Shown here: positions 27,231-40,045 of the stretch, piece by piece
How the letters are laid out: every line of letters begins with the position of its first letter
Numbering within the stretch: the stretch's first letter is position 1
NCBI GenBank assembly: GCA_964247055.1
Contig: OZ176050.1
Location: 4,092,001 to 4,156,000, forward strand
DNA from: Paragordius varius
Taxonomy: Eukaryota > Animalia > Nematomorpha
Direction of reading: 5' to 3'
Length of the DNA stretch: 64,000 bases
Translations under genes and position numbers: made by a program
Notes under the pieces: generated by a model
What the model saw: only the letters and a program-made list of their open reading frames with translations
The model's database searches: none
What the model was told of the DNA's origin: nothing

Positions 27231-28469
27231 ATGTGGCTGACAACATTATTTTATATATCATTAAATTTTTTATTGATAAAAAGAACTTTGGCGGAATTGA
27301 CAGAAATATTGGAAGGAAACAAACTTTCTTGCTATTTTTACTTTATAAACCCAGGGAGTCGTTTTGAATTTGATTATAATGTATATTTTGGATGACTAAC
27401 TTTTAGGTCATTGACGGAAAAGCCGATATTGATTTAGTTATTTTGGATCCAAATCACCAAAATATGTTCCATGAAATGAATAAACAATATGGACGATTTG
27501 AGTAATAACATATATAATTAGTATTTAGTTTTACAGCATCGATTCAGGGTGATTACAAAATTTGTTTTGACAATCGGGGTCATCGTGAAACCAAACCAAT
27601 CTATTTTGACGTCGTAATAGACGATGGAACTAATTTATCTGATTTTAACAAAAATATGGTTTTGGACGATGACCCTTACACATCAATGTTAACGAACGCC
27701 ACGGTAATATGTTAAATTGCAACAAATAATTGTTTTATATGCATATTCTCTACTTTTTATATATTAATTCCTTCTATAATCTATATTAAGTAAATTAATA
27801 CATGTTAAATTATTTGTGTATTTTTCGAAATCTTATTAGATTATGTTTTTTAAATTAACTTGGTATGTTTTCCCAATGAATTCAGAGAAACTCGTAATTT
27901 TGGTATATTCACCCATAAAGTTACGTAATCTTAAGCCTTTCTTAAAATAATAAACTAATAATAAATTTATTTTGTTTCTTGATATTAACAAATTATGGAA
28001 TGCAACGGTTGCCACAGTTTTAATGCAACGGAAACACAAACTATCAAACTACAATTTCAAAACCATGTTTTTGAACGCCCAAACCATTTATCTTTAGTTT
28101 TTTACATAATGATTTTATTAAAATTTGTTAGATTTTTGTAATGGAATATAATTTCGGCATATAATATTTTGTCTATTTTGCTCTTTAATCAAATATTATT
28201 TTTTAAATAAAGTTATAATATCACAGGAACGTATGATAAACATGAAACAAAAAATTGATGTCAGTTTACACATTTTAACGCTGCGAAGAATGATGGAAAC
28301 TCGAGATGCTCACCTCTTAGACCGCAAATTGGCCATGGTGAATAAATGGTCTATTATATACCTGAGTATTTTGTTAACTGTGTCTGCCATTCAAGTCCTT
28401 ATGATTCGAAGCCTTTTTGAGGAAAATAGCAAAATTAGAAAATTTCTAAAATCCAAAACATCCTGGTGA
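27231..28469 (+). CDS. p24/TMED family (emp24/gp25L) GOLD-domain cargo receptor, gamma-subfamily-like, 4 exons
   Basis: Exons 27231-27380, 27407-27501, 27529-27703, 28227-28469. Signal peptide MWLTTLFYISLNFLLIKRTLA; GOLD motifs C..F.FDY, DIDLVILDP, FTASIQGDYKICFDN; then coiled coil ETRD...VNKWS, a TM helix and a short tail. Introns 1 and 2 are 26 and 27 nt. Confidence 0.88.
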
Positions 28470-30755
28470 CGCTTTATGGAAATTATATATGGGTGCTGTC
28501 TTATTTATGTTTAATCGTATATATATATATATATATATATTCCTACCTTGTAATGTAAGAGACACCTAATCTATATTTGAATGAACATATTTGCAATTAT
28601 AAACATGGATAATCGTATATTTTGTTATTCTGAAAAGAAGACTAACTGCAATAAATTTTGTCAAAAATTTATGGTTTATCAAAGTAAAAAACCAGCTATC
28701 TAAAACAATAATATTATTAAACTTGAGCCAGTTTTTTAACTATACGCTGATTAAGCCTCTTCTAAAGCGGCTATTCACTGTTCTTTTTGACTTAAATTAC
28801 CACAAATATTATAAAGTAATGCGATGGTCGTTAATTGTGATTTTATTTTATTGTTTTCGTATAAATGATGTTAATATATATATATAGTATGTTCCTCGAC
28901 TATTATCAGTGTGATCAAAATTTTTAAGTTTGATTTATTTACCGATGATAATAACTCTGCCCCCGTGGTCCATCATCTTCTCAATTCATTTAGCTGTTGC
29001 TTTTTTACGAAACGTCGATCTGGTTTAATCTCACTGTCCATCGATCCGCCGTTTTTGTTTTAAGCCATATACGATTGATATGGGATTGCCTTTAAAGGAC
29101 AACCCCGGGTTAATATATTATTGACCTTCGTACGTATTCATTCTATTCGTTTCGGTCAGTGGTGAAACTACTTAATTGCACGGGAAATTTTTTAGAGTCC
29201 ATCCGCTGTTTTATGGGATTTGTTGAAAGCCCAGGAATTTTTATTTTAAGTGCTTTTGGTTTCATCAGTGTTTTAACCCATGGATATTCTGCCTAACCAT
29301 TTACTGAATGATTTTGGGCCAATTAAAATTTGTTTTGAGGTACTTTTATTTTGTAGCCCTTTAAACGCATTGTCTGGGAAATCTAAATCCGGATACATGT
29401 TGACAGTTTAATCTTGGGACGCTATAGTTAACTTTGAGTTGCCACATCGATTAGATTTGTTAATTGTATTAAAAATGTCAAAGTTGGGGGGGTGATAGCG
29501 AAATTTTTCCAATGTCTTTGTATATATCTTTTCAAAGTTTTTGATTCTGTATTTCTAAATGAAAATATGCAATTATCTATTACCAGGTTAGATAAACACT
29601 TTAATATAATTCATAGTAGGTCCCTTTATATTTGATCTTGTCTTTTGAGTGTTTATAAATAAATCCCTCTTTTTTATTTTTTGTTGACCTTTATTTGGTT
29701 GATACTTTTTCACTTAATTATTTCAAAAATCTATCCCTTTTGTTTTATTATAATTGATAGGAAATTTCCGTGTGAGCCAAATAAGACTATTTATGGTTTT
29801 TGATTCGTTACAATTATAAAATATTAGTCATAATCAAATGTATTCTTTTCGGCTGACATCTTGCAATAATATTGGTGCACTTACGGAAGACAGATGGTTT
29901 TGATAGCTTTAAAAGTCGTGCGGTAAAACATACCAAAATTTTTTAAATGCATCAATATCTATTATTGGCGATTTTTTTCTGTGATTAATGAGATGACTTT
30001 TTCAGTTTTTCTCATTTTAAACTCACCACCTTTAATCGATCCGGTGTCATCATGTTAATTCGATGATATTTTTTTTGTTTAGTTCATTCGATAAGATATA
30101 AACCATTAATGAAAGTCAAAAAGTATAAAGGAGAGTACTTTTTCCTTTTCAGGCACATGTGCTTTACTTTATACCTTTTTACAGATGTCGTATACCGTTG
30201 TATTTCAACTTGTCATGTTGTCCTTTCAATACATTTCATAAATCTACACAAATATAAAAAAATGAGAAGGTAGTACCTTAAGTATGTCTGTGACAAACCA
30301 CGAGGACAATAAGCTATTGCTGGAAAAAATCTAATGGGTAAGTTTTGTGATTTCTATTGGGAATCTACAAGTCGATAAACATATTAATCTTTGATTCTTT
30401 GCGCAGCGATTATGACTTAAATAATAATGGTATTAAGCCAAAAAATAGTATTCTATGACTTTTTAAGCGCATTATACGAAAATTTTATGCAGTGTAAAAA
30501 ATCCTCATATCATTTTTATAGTAACATATTTTGGACACTTTTCGTTAAACAAAATTGGCAATAAAAATATATGGTTAAGAAATAAAATAATTTGATGGAT
30601 AATCATCTGTTTTTATTAAAAGATATTATTAAATTTTAGACTTAGAACTTACAAAACTGTAAAAAAGGTTTTTTTACTTAAAAATTATAAAGTTTTACAC
30701 TATTTCCATAATCGACGAGTAATAAAAATAATTTGATCAAATATATATATTCTGA

Positions 30756-31784
30756 TAGGAAATGGCCAGGATTATCATGGTGCTTTTTATTTGGCCCTAT
30801 GAGTATTAAAAAAGGTTTACACTTTTTGGAAACTGCTCCATATCAGAAAATGGCAACATTTGAGCACCTTATGCTAAATAATAATTTTTGGTGAAAGCTA
30901 GATGCTTCTTTCCAAAAAACATAATTAAATATATCATATACTATATGTAAAAAGCCAAACGATATTTTTAATTTTTAGGTGGGCTCCAAAAGTCCCAATT
31001 TTTTCGCCCCTTTAAAATTATTTAGTTCTGTTAAAATAAATGCAAAAATGGCGCTGCGCAATTTATTTTAAGGTGTCATTAAAAAAAACTTTTTCCGAAA
31101 AATGGATATTTTGCTAACTTATAGCAAAATTTTGAAGCGTGCTTCATAATATTTTGAGGCATGATAGAAACGGTATAAAAACTTTTTAATATTATTAAAA
31201 TGCTTTTTCTATATAATACGATGAATGACATTTTTATCTCAGAATTTTGATTTAAAGTTTTGTTTGCTTTTAATTTAGGCGAATTTTTATACAAATTTGT
31301 TCAACATTTGTACTAGTTAATCGAATTTCTTATGTGATATAATTTCCAGCATCATTGAATTATGTTCATAAAGTGTTTTTATATTATAAATCATTTACAT
31401 ATAAAGTTTTGCTATAAATTTAATTTTTAAGCAAAATATCCTTATTTCAGAAATTTTTTGTAAAGCTTCAAAATTTATATCCCGTAATCTAGGCATTTTT
31501 GCGTTATTTTATGAGATTTTTAAAGGGCTGAATTCGGAACTTTTGGGGCCCCAACTAAAAATTAAATTTTTTTTAAAATAATGTTTTGTTTCTATATGTA
31601 GCTCAGGATATAATGAATTTTTTGGAATGAAGCATTCGGGTTTTAAAAATAATTATATTTAAGTAAAAGTGCGTAACTTTTGACAACTGATTATATGGAG
31701 CAATTACCACAATGTGTAAAGACCCTTATTAAATCCCGTGTAAAGGCCAAAACCAAAAACACCATGATATGATACATTTTCATA
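30756..31784. mobile_element. About 1-kb foldback-like element with diverged long inverted arms ('family E', terminus GATAG(A/G)AAAATG...)
   Basis: Left-arm motifs (CATGGTGC, GCTCCATATCAG, ATGCTTCTTTCCAAAA, CCAAAAGT) recur inverted in the right arm. Related copies or fragments at about 39780-40040, 47820-48320, 53347-55312 and 55630-56207. Confidence 0.65.
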
Positions 31785-31803
31785 TCACATGATATTTTTT
31801 GTA

Positions 31804-33115
31804 TATACCATTTTCCAGTCAAAAAAAACGTTTCGCTCGAAATATTTTCCCAATAATCGAAACGTTTTCCCAGTCAACAAAACGTTTTCAAGTCAATCGA
31901 AACAATTTCCTAGTCAATCGAAACGTTTTCAGTCAATATAAACGGTTACATATTTGATGATAAATATCAAAACAAGATATAAAAATAACTTTTAACCATT
32001 ATCAGCGTAATATTAGAATATTATTTTTTATAAAAACACAATTATTGAATGACAATTTTTTGAATTATATTCCAATGCACAATGACTTATTCTTTAAAAG
32101 TAATATTTTTTGGAATATGAGTATTTTTAAGAAAATAATTAATAATTTTTTTATTTTATCTATGGTGCGCAGGGCTAGCTTTAAAAATATATAGTGGATG
32201 AAATAAAAAAATTTATAAAAATATACCATTTTTATCTCAAATTGGTCATTTAACGCTTCAAAACAGTTTTTTATGTCAAGTTTGTCGATAAAAATACTGT
32301 CGGAAAAGGATATCTTAAAAATTTTTTTTAGATAAAAATGTTTTTTGTTTTAAAAATATTTTATAAAAAAGGATATTTCAACACAATGGCTTCTCGGGCC
32401 GCATTTTTAACTCAAAAAGCACGGCGTTCCGCATTCGAAATATATACTGTCATTCACAAATAATTTATTCGATTTCAGACATAAGACTGTAAAATACAAT
32501 CACAATATAATTTTTTTAAATTCATTGCCATTTGAATAGACTCATTCCGAATAATTGAATAATTTCGTAAGAAAATGAAAAGATTTTGTGGGCATATTTT
32601 TGATAAGGATTTTCAAATTTTTCGGGCGCTACACAAAGAATTTGGAGAGCGGCGTTTGGCCACCGCCGGACCAAATGATAATAACATATAAATTATAAAA
32701 TTATGTTTAAGATCCAATTGAACTGTTAAATGACCTCTGCGAAAAAAATGATATATTTTTATAAATTTTATTATTTCATCCACTATATTTATAAGTTAGC
32801 CCCGAATATTAATGCGAATTATCGATAAAATAAAAAAAATTATTAATTACTTTTTTAAAAATATCTGATTCCAAAAATATAACTTTTAAAGAATAAGTCA
32901 TTAATGATTGTGCACTGGAATATAACTGCAAAAATTGTCATTCAATAATTGTGTTTTTATAAAAAATAATATCCTAATACTATGCTGATAATGGTTAAAG
33001 TTATTTTTATATCTTGTTTTAATATTTATCATCAAAAATAAAACCGTTTCGATTGATTGGGAAAACGTTTCGATTGATTGGGAAAACGTTTCGATTAACT
33101 GGGAAAACGATTTAC
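31804..33115. mobile_element. TATACCATTT-ended foldback element (subfamily ii, 21-bp TTTTCCCAGTCAATCGAAACG repeats), ~400-bp inverted arms, right end eroded
   Basis: Arms at about 31804-32200 and 32770-33110 are reverse complements. Centre is shared with the copy at 40046-41653. Confidence 0.75.
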
Positions 33116-33196
33116 AAATTATAAAAAAATATTTGCATATTCATTGATAAAAATGGAAAACTATTGATCGTTAAAACTAGGCGATTGGTTCTAAAC

Positions 33197-33732
33197 GAGG
33201 GGTGTCCAACAAGCGAGCCGTAGGCCGCATGCCGCAGTCCAATTTACAGTTGAAATTTTAAAAATACTAAATAAAGTGAAATGATATCTTTTAAAATTTT
33301 TCTGAATCATCTTCCCAAATTTTAGCAATGAATTAAAAATTGTTAAAATAAAATATAGTTTTATAGTCGTAAATTTTTTATATTTGAAATCTAATATTTT
33401 ATTGCTCATATTTTTTGAATGACTTTTTATGGTAGTTTTATACCTTAGGACCATGTAAAATTTGATTTCTAAAAAACATTTTTAGAATATTACCAAATTT
33501 AATATGCTTTCTTTAGTCTTTTATGTCCATGATACAATTTTTAAAAAAATATAAAATTATAAAAAATTCTCATCTCAATTTTCGCCGCCCTTACAACAGG
33601 CAAATAAGTATGGTTAAATATATAATATTTTAACATTTGAATTTGAATTAAAATTTACGAGCAAATATTTATATAATGATTTTATTTCCAGTTGTTTGCT
33701 TCGACCGTGTTTTGGATCTAATTTGGGTTGAC
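33197..33732. mobile_element. hAT-like MITE remnant (GAGGGGTGTCCAAC terminus)
   Basis: Left end GGGGTGTCCAAC..GCGAGCCGTAGGCCGCATGCCGC; decayed right end ...GGGTTGACAC. Confidence 0.45.
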
Positions 33733-34129
33733 ACAAATTAAATAATTGTAAACAATCTTTTTTATCTTAAGCAGAAGAAGAGTGTTTGATATTAAATTTG
33801 CACAACTACTTTCAAAACAGTAGTTTTACTATTTTAAGCTCTAAGAAAAGTACCCCAAATATTACCGCTTACAACAAGATTAAAATGTAAGGAAGTGTGG
33901 TGTCAGATTTTGTCGACTCAACTAAGTTTTAGGCAATTGTGTGGCCCAAACTCCCTAAGATTTTTATATTAATGTGTTTAGAATTATTTTTAGTGAGTAT
34001 TGTTTTGGTGGCTATTACTTTCTCACAGTCGAACTGATGAATTTTTATTTTTAAGCTATGAAATTTTGTGGAGATTTGTATGTCTCTACTTAAACGTTTA
34101 ACTGCTAATAATTTTTTGTTAAAAATTAA

Positions 34130-34702
34130 CACTTCGATTCAAATTGGGGTATCTAAATACCCCAGACAAAATTTGAGTTAGGATTTTTTAAAAAAACTAA
34201 TGAAGGAAACGTTCACAATTTAATGCTTCTATCCTAATAAAAATTATATAAATATGCCAAAATATCTATATAAAATTTTGTTTTGAAAAAAAGTTCCATG
34301 TCAAACTACTTCGACGCCATTTTTATTTTACAAAATCTTTGCAAAATATAGCGTTTATTTAATTTAACAGGTATAATTAAAGTAAATTTTTTATTTAAAC
34401 ATCTAATATTGATAGAAATAGAAAAAGCGTTTATTTTGCATTGATTTTCAATTTTATCATTGCACACATGTCACATTGACTAAATTTTTACCTTTCGATT
34501 TTAGCTTAAAATAAGTAATATCAAGTATTTTCGAATATAATTTTTTATATATTTCAGTTTATTAATATTATATAAGTGCAAAATTTTGCCATGGTTTCGA
34601 TTCTTTTCATATTTTTAAAGAATTTTATTTTAAACAGGCCTGGGGTATTTAACTACCCCAATTTGAATCGGAGAACTAAAATGAATGTGATGTATCCAAG
34701 TG
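34130..34702 (+). mobile_element. piggyBac-like MITE (TTAA target), copy 1
   Basis: TTAA|CACTTCGATTC...GTATCCAAGTG|TTAA. Internal inverted TGGGGTA..TACCCCA modules. Copies at 35380-35950 (inverted) and 53603-54174. Confidence 0.8.
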
Positions 34703-35379
34703 TTAAATTACTACCACTTCGTTTCAAATTCGGGCATCTAGAGACACAAACCATATATAAATTCATATTTTTAAAAACTACTGAAGAAAACAGTTCCAAT
34801 TAATATTTATACTTCCATCCTAATATAAAATATATAAATAGCCATCCTATATATCAAACTACTTTGATGCCATTTTTATTTTACAATATTTTTGCAAATA
34901 GTGTTTATTTGATTCTAACGCTAAAACTAAAACTAATTTTTTATATAAAATAAATCTAACATGATATAAATAGAAATAATGGTTTATTTTGCATTATTAT
35001 TGTGTTTATCTAATCCATAAATGTTATGTTGCTTAAATTATTACCTTCAAAGTTATCCATAAAATAAATATAAAGTCATTTTGAATATTATTAAATTTCA
35101 CATCAATGTTATATAAGCGCAAACTTTTGGGGTAATTTCATAATATTTCTTTAAAGATTGATTTTTAAGAGGCCTGTATGAATGATTGATATGATTGTGT
35201 TGTATCCAAGTATCAAAGATTGTTACCGTGTATTAGGAAAAAAATTTAGTTTTCTATTCTAGATAAAAATAATCCTAAGCCTAAATAATTTTTTCATAAT
35301 ATTTATTAAAATATGGTGAAATTTTGAATATTATAAAAAATTCGCCTACGGCTATAAATTGCATCTTATTTATTATTAA

Positions 35380-35950
35380 CACTTGGATACAACACCTTTA
35401 TTTTTGTCCTCCGATTCAAATTGGGGTAGTTAAATACCCCAGGCTTCTTTAAAATTGAATTCTTTAAAAAATATGGAAGGATTCGAAACCATGGCAAAAT
35501 TGTGCACTTATATTACATTAATAAACCGATATATAAAAAAATTTATTCAAAAATACTTGATATTAGTTAATTTAAGCTAAAACCGAGAGGTAATTTAGTC
35601 AAGGTGACATGTGTGCAATGGTAAAATTGAAAAATAATACAGAATGAACCGCTTTTTCTATCAATGTTAGATGTAATGTAAATAAAAAATTAGCTTTAAT
35701 TTTACCCTAAAAATTAAATAAAGACGATATTTTGCAAACATTTTGTAAAATAAAAATGACCTCGAAGTAGTTTGACATGGAACTTTTTTTTTAAAACGAA
35801 ATTATATTTGGATATTTTGGCATATTTATATAATTTGTATTAGGATAGAAGCATAATTTTAAATTGGGACCGTTTCCTTCAGTAGTTTTTTTAAAATTCT
35901 AAATCTAATTTAGTCTGGGGTATTTGGATACCCCAATTCGAATCAAAGTG
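35380..35950 (-). mobile_element. piggyBac-like MITE (TTAA target), copy 2, inverted relative to copy 1
   Basis: TTAA|CACTTGGATAC...GAATCAAAGTG|TTAA; reverse complement of 34130-34702. Confidence 0.8.
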
Positions 35951-36159
35951 TTAACCCAATTTACTTTTTAAATTCGAATAAAATACACTCTAGAAAATAA
36001 CCACCTAAGCCAAAATATCAGGTTTTATCGAAATTTAATGAATTATTTATAATACTTTTAAATAATTATAATATATCAAAATGCAAATTCCGTTTTTATC
36101 ATCGAAAATTTTAAAAAGCACCTTACTGCCACCAGATTGTATGCATGTGTAAAACCTAC

Positions 36160-38556
36160 ATGTTTTCAACATTAATTTTTAAAAGGGCCTTCCACAACGT
36201 TGTGATTATCGGTGGTGGTTTGATGGGTTCAGGAATCGCTCAAGTTTTTTTTATAATAAATAGAGGCTAATGCATTAGCTCGATATAAAGTATTTTTGCT
36301 TGAAAAAAATGAAGAAATTTTAATTCAGGCTCAAAAGAGAATTAATACAAACATTCAAAAAATGGGGAAGAAAAAATTAACCGAACAGGCATTCTTTTTT
36401 ATAATATCCAGAGTGACGTAGATAAATTTGTAACACAATTAATGAACCAAATTACTTTTAAATATACCCTTTCCGACATTCCCGAAAATAGTGATTTGGT
36501 TATAGAAGCTATTGCTGAAAATGTAGATATCAAAAAACAGTTATTCAAAGAATTGGATTTGCGAATTAATAAGTATGATATAGTGTCAATATATATTGTA
36601 GAAATGCAGTTTTTGCCAGCAATACCTCATCATTCTCTATTAATGAAATCGCCTCAGCATGTCCTTCACGTGTTCATCGTTTTGTTGGATTGCATTTTTT
36701 TAATCCAGTTACTGTTATGAAATTAGTTGAAGTATAGATTAATTTTTTAAAATTTTTCTAATTGGATGATAACCATTTTATTTGTTTTATTAATAATACC
36801 TGAACATTGCGAGTTTTTTTAAAAATATTACTAGATAAAAATATTATTAGTTTAAAGTTTTATTTGTTTTTTCTTGCTATTAGCCAATAATAATTCTTTT
36901 TGTTAAAGCTATTTGACAGCTTTTAATTAAAACTAGCAATATTGTATATGAACAATCAAATATACCACTTTATGTTTAAATACATACTTTATGCAATAGC
37001 TGTTTGGGACTGCATTTAAATAATATTTTTTTCTTCACAGATAATTTTGCTGGATAAAAACGAAAAGAATTTGGGTTCACGCATGGTCAAGTATGTTAAG
37101 TCATTAGGAAAAGAGCCAGTACTTTGCAAAGTAAACAATACTATTTTTCCAAAATAATAGGTTGTTTCGTAATTATTTTTTTAACAATAAATATACGCTT
37201 CAAACCCCTAGTTATTTACACCGTAATTATTTGAAAATCACATATGCAAACACCTTATCAAATTTTAAATTAAAATTACGAGAAAATGAATAAATTTGGT
37301 TACCTTACGTAAAATTAAATACCATACCAATTTTTATTATTTTTAATTGCCCAAAGTTATAATGTAACGCTAAGTGCGTGTAAATCATAATTTAAATACC
37401 TTTAATAAAATAATTTTTTTAAAAAAATACCAAATTATGCGTTGATATAAATATGAACGTTGTTTTGTTTTTAGGACACACCTGGATTTATTGTGAACCG
37501 CTTACTTATACCATATCTAATGCAAGCCATACTTATGTACGAACGAGGTAAATACTATTTTATTTTTTATGTTTATATGGTTCACATCTATTTTTGTTTT
37601 GTAATATGATTGCTAATAATTAAAAAATTTATACCAGCGCAAAAAATACGATAAAGTTTATCCCTACCTTAGTAAATAAAAATTAAGCGTGCTATCAATT
37701 TACATTCGCAGCCCAAAACGAAGGGTTATATTAAAAAAATATAAAATTATTGTTAAAAAATATTAATAGTTTTACCATTTTGTCTCTATTAATCTGTATT
37801 GAATAAAAATTTATTAATAAACATTCGTGTCTTGAGAATTTTGAAAATTCTCTACCTTAGCATATCATACTCAAATTGCAAAATTTTATTTAAAATAGTA
37901 TAAAAGTTTCAATATCTATCTATATATATAATTTTAGTAATGATGTGTAAAGAATCGCAATTTTATTTAGGAGATGCTACAAAAGAGGACATTGATCAAG
38001 CGATGAAACTTGGCGCTGGCTATCCCATGGGCCCATTTGAACTGCTAGATTATGTGGGATTGGATACGGCTAAATCAATTTTAGACGGTTATAATTTTAA
38101 CATTTATTAAAAAAATTAAATTAATGAATGAGTTTTTGGTTTTGTGTGTAGGAACAACAATAATTTTTATTTTTTTAATCCTTAAGGATGCTAAAAAAAT
38201 ATGATATTTTAAGTAAAATTGTAAGAAAACGTAATAATATATTTGCAAAGGTCAGTCATACCTTTTTAAATCTCATTTTTTTGAGATAACCTTTTGTTTT
38301 TGGATCGAATGAGGAATACATATATAAGTTACTAACATTTTCAATTAAAATATTTGCCTAATTTTTACATTTTATCTTTCTAATTACCATTTTACTGTAT
38401 TAGACCATTGTACTATTACTCATTTTAATTTTTTTAGGTTGGCGTAAAAAATATCCGAACGATTCATTATTTTCAGCCACATCTCCTCTACTTGATAATT
38501 TGATTGCTCAAAAGAAATTAGGCAAAAAATCTGGTTCTGGATTTTATGAATACTAA
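36160..38556 (+). CDS. HADH: Mitochondrial short-chain 3-hydroxyacyl-CoA dehydrogenase, about 298 aa, 8 exons
   Basis: Exons 36160-36243, 36266-36388, 36412-36572, 36602-36731, 37041-37130, 37475-37547, 37971-38087, 38438-38556. Short targeting-like [11 protein letters not shown], Rossmann motif [31 protein letters not shown], catalytic [53 protein letters not shown]. Confidence 0.93.
36244..36601 (+). other. Three consecutive micro-introns of HADH: 36244-36265 (22 nt, GT..GAG), 36389-36411 (23 nt, GC-AG), 36573-36601 (29 nt, GT-AG)
   Basis: Each is required to keep the HADH frame, and the spliced product aligns without gaps to the known HADH sequence pattern. Confidence 0.8.
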
Positions 38557-40045
38557 TAACAATTTTTTTGTGCTATATGAGCATTTTTTGTCATTCCATT
38601 ATTTTTCAGTATTACGATATATATATTACCACGCCTCATTTGATTTGTGATCACTCCAAATTTATTATTTTGTGAAATCTAGCTTTATTATATAGAATTA
38701 TGAATATATTTACGGAATAGATTTTTCTATAATATATTTCCTGTATTTTTCATTTTGATCTAAAATAAAATTTTAAAAAAATTAAGGTGTAATATTTTTA
38801 TAACAGCTTTTAGATGAATGACCTTTGCCTCATTTTATATTAGAACTCATAAAAAAGACATTTATTTAATGGAAATGACAAACATTTTTATCAGGATTTT
38901 ACAATGATTCCAACCATACAAATTTATTGCATACTCATGATAATATTCTTCATGGTTTTGTACTTGAGGCAAGACTTTACGGATTATATGCCTTTATAAA
39001 AGATTATGCGCAGATGATCTCTTAATTACTACTAAGAAAATATTAACATGGTTGACTCAACTACAAAAATACGTTCTACAAATCAATACAAACAAAATCA
39101 AAATTATAATTACAGGTTTTGATTACAATCCTGTCAAGTTCTCTTAACCAGTGTGCGCACAGAGATATGACTCAACTCAGTTTGTTGCACATAATGCAAA
39201 CAAAATTAATGATAATAAATTTACTTTTTTTACCAAGTGCTTTATCCATACCACTGTCAATTAATCCTCCTATATTTTTGATGGGTTAAACCAGAAGTCA
39301 TAACACTTGGCGATTATATATCATCTGATGGTGGCTAAGGGATCCTCATTCATAAAATTAAACTAGGATGTACTGAATTTAATCAACTAAAATATACTTT
39401 AACTAAAAAATTGAGCTATAAAATAGCAACAGAATTAAACAGGCTTAATAGAGCTAAAATTATATACTGATATCTGCAATGATCTTGATAATATCAATAA
39501 AGAAATATAACCCATATCTCTGTTCATTCAACGAAACCCCTTACGCTAATATGGATCCATAATACGCATGAATTCAGATAATTTGATGCAAAAAAACATT
39601 TTAAATCCGAAATCGTATAAATCAATCTTTTTCCAATACCTATACTAAATTTATATTATTGATTATATGCCATAAAATTACATCAATACACAGAGAATTT
39701 TGTAAAATACAGATTTTTGTGATAAATTGTTTTTTGACTTGTCTCGCAAATTTTTGTCATGGCTTGTCTAGAAAAGAGCTAGCTCATTTTTAAAGAAAAT
39801 TTGGGATTTTTGGAGCCTATATTTCAAAATTAAAATTTAAATATTGTTTTGCACTTGATGGTTTTTACATATTTTTGGAATGAAGCATTTAGCTTTCATT
39901 AAAAAAATTTATTTAAATAATGTGCACAAAATTGCCATTTTCTGATATGGAGCACTCACCATAAAAGTGATAATAACTTTCTTATGTCATTTTATGTGCC
40001 AAATCCGAAAGCACCATGCTACTCCTGATACATTTTCCTAATATA

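Noticed and set aside
34576-34803. Homologous ORFs at 34576-34803 and 54036-54293 suggesting a small gene family
   Set aside because: Both lie in copies of the same piggyBac-like MITE; the similarity is repeat-derived.
36081-36152. Upstream ATG at 36081 as the HADH start
   Set aside because: It hits TAA after 23 codons unless an extra 37-nt intron is assumed. ATG 36160 gives an uninterrupted, targeting-peptide-like N-terminus.
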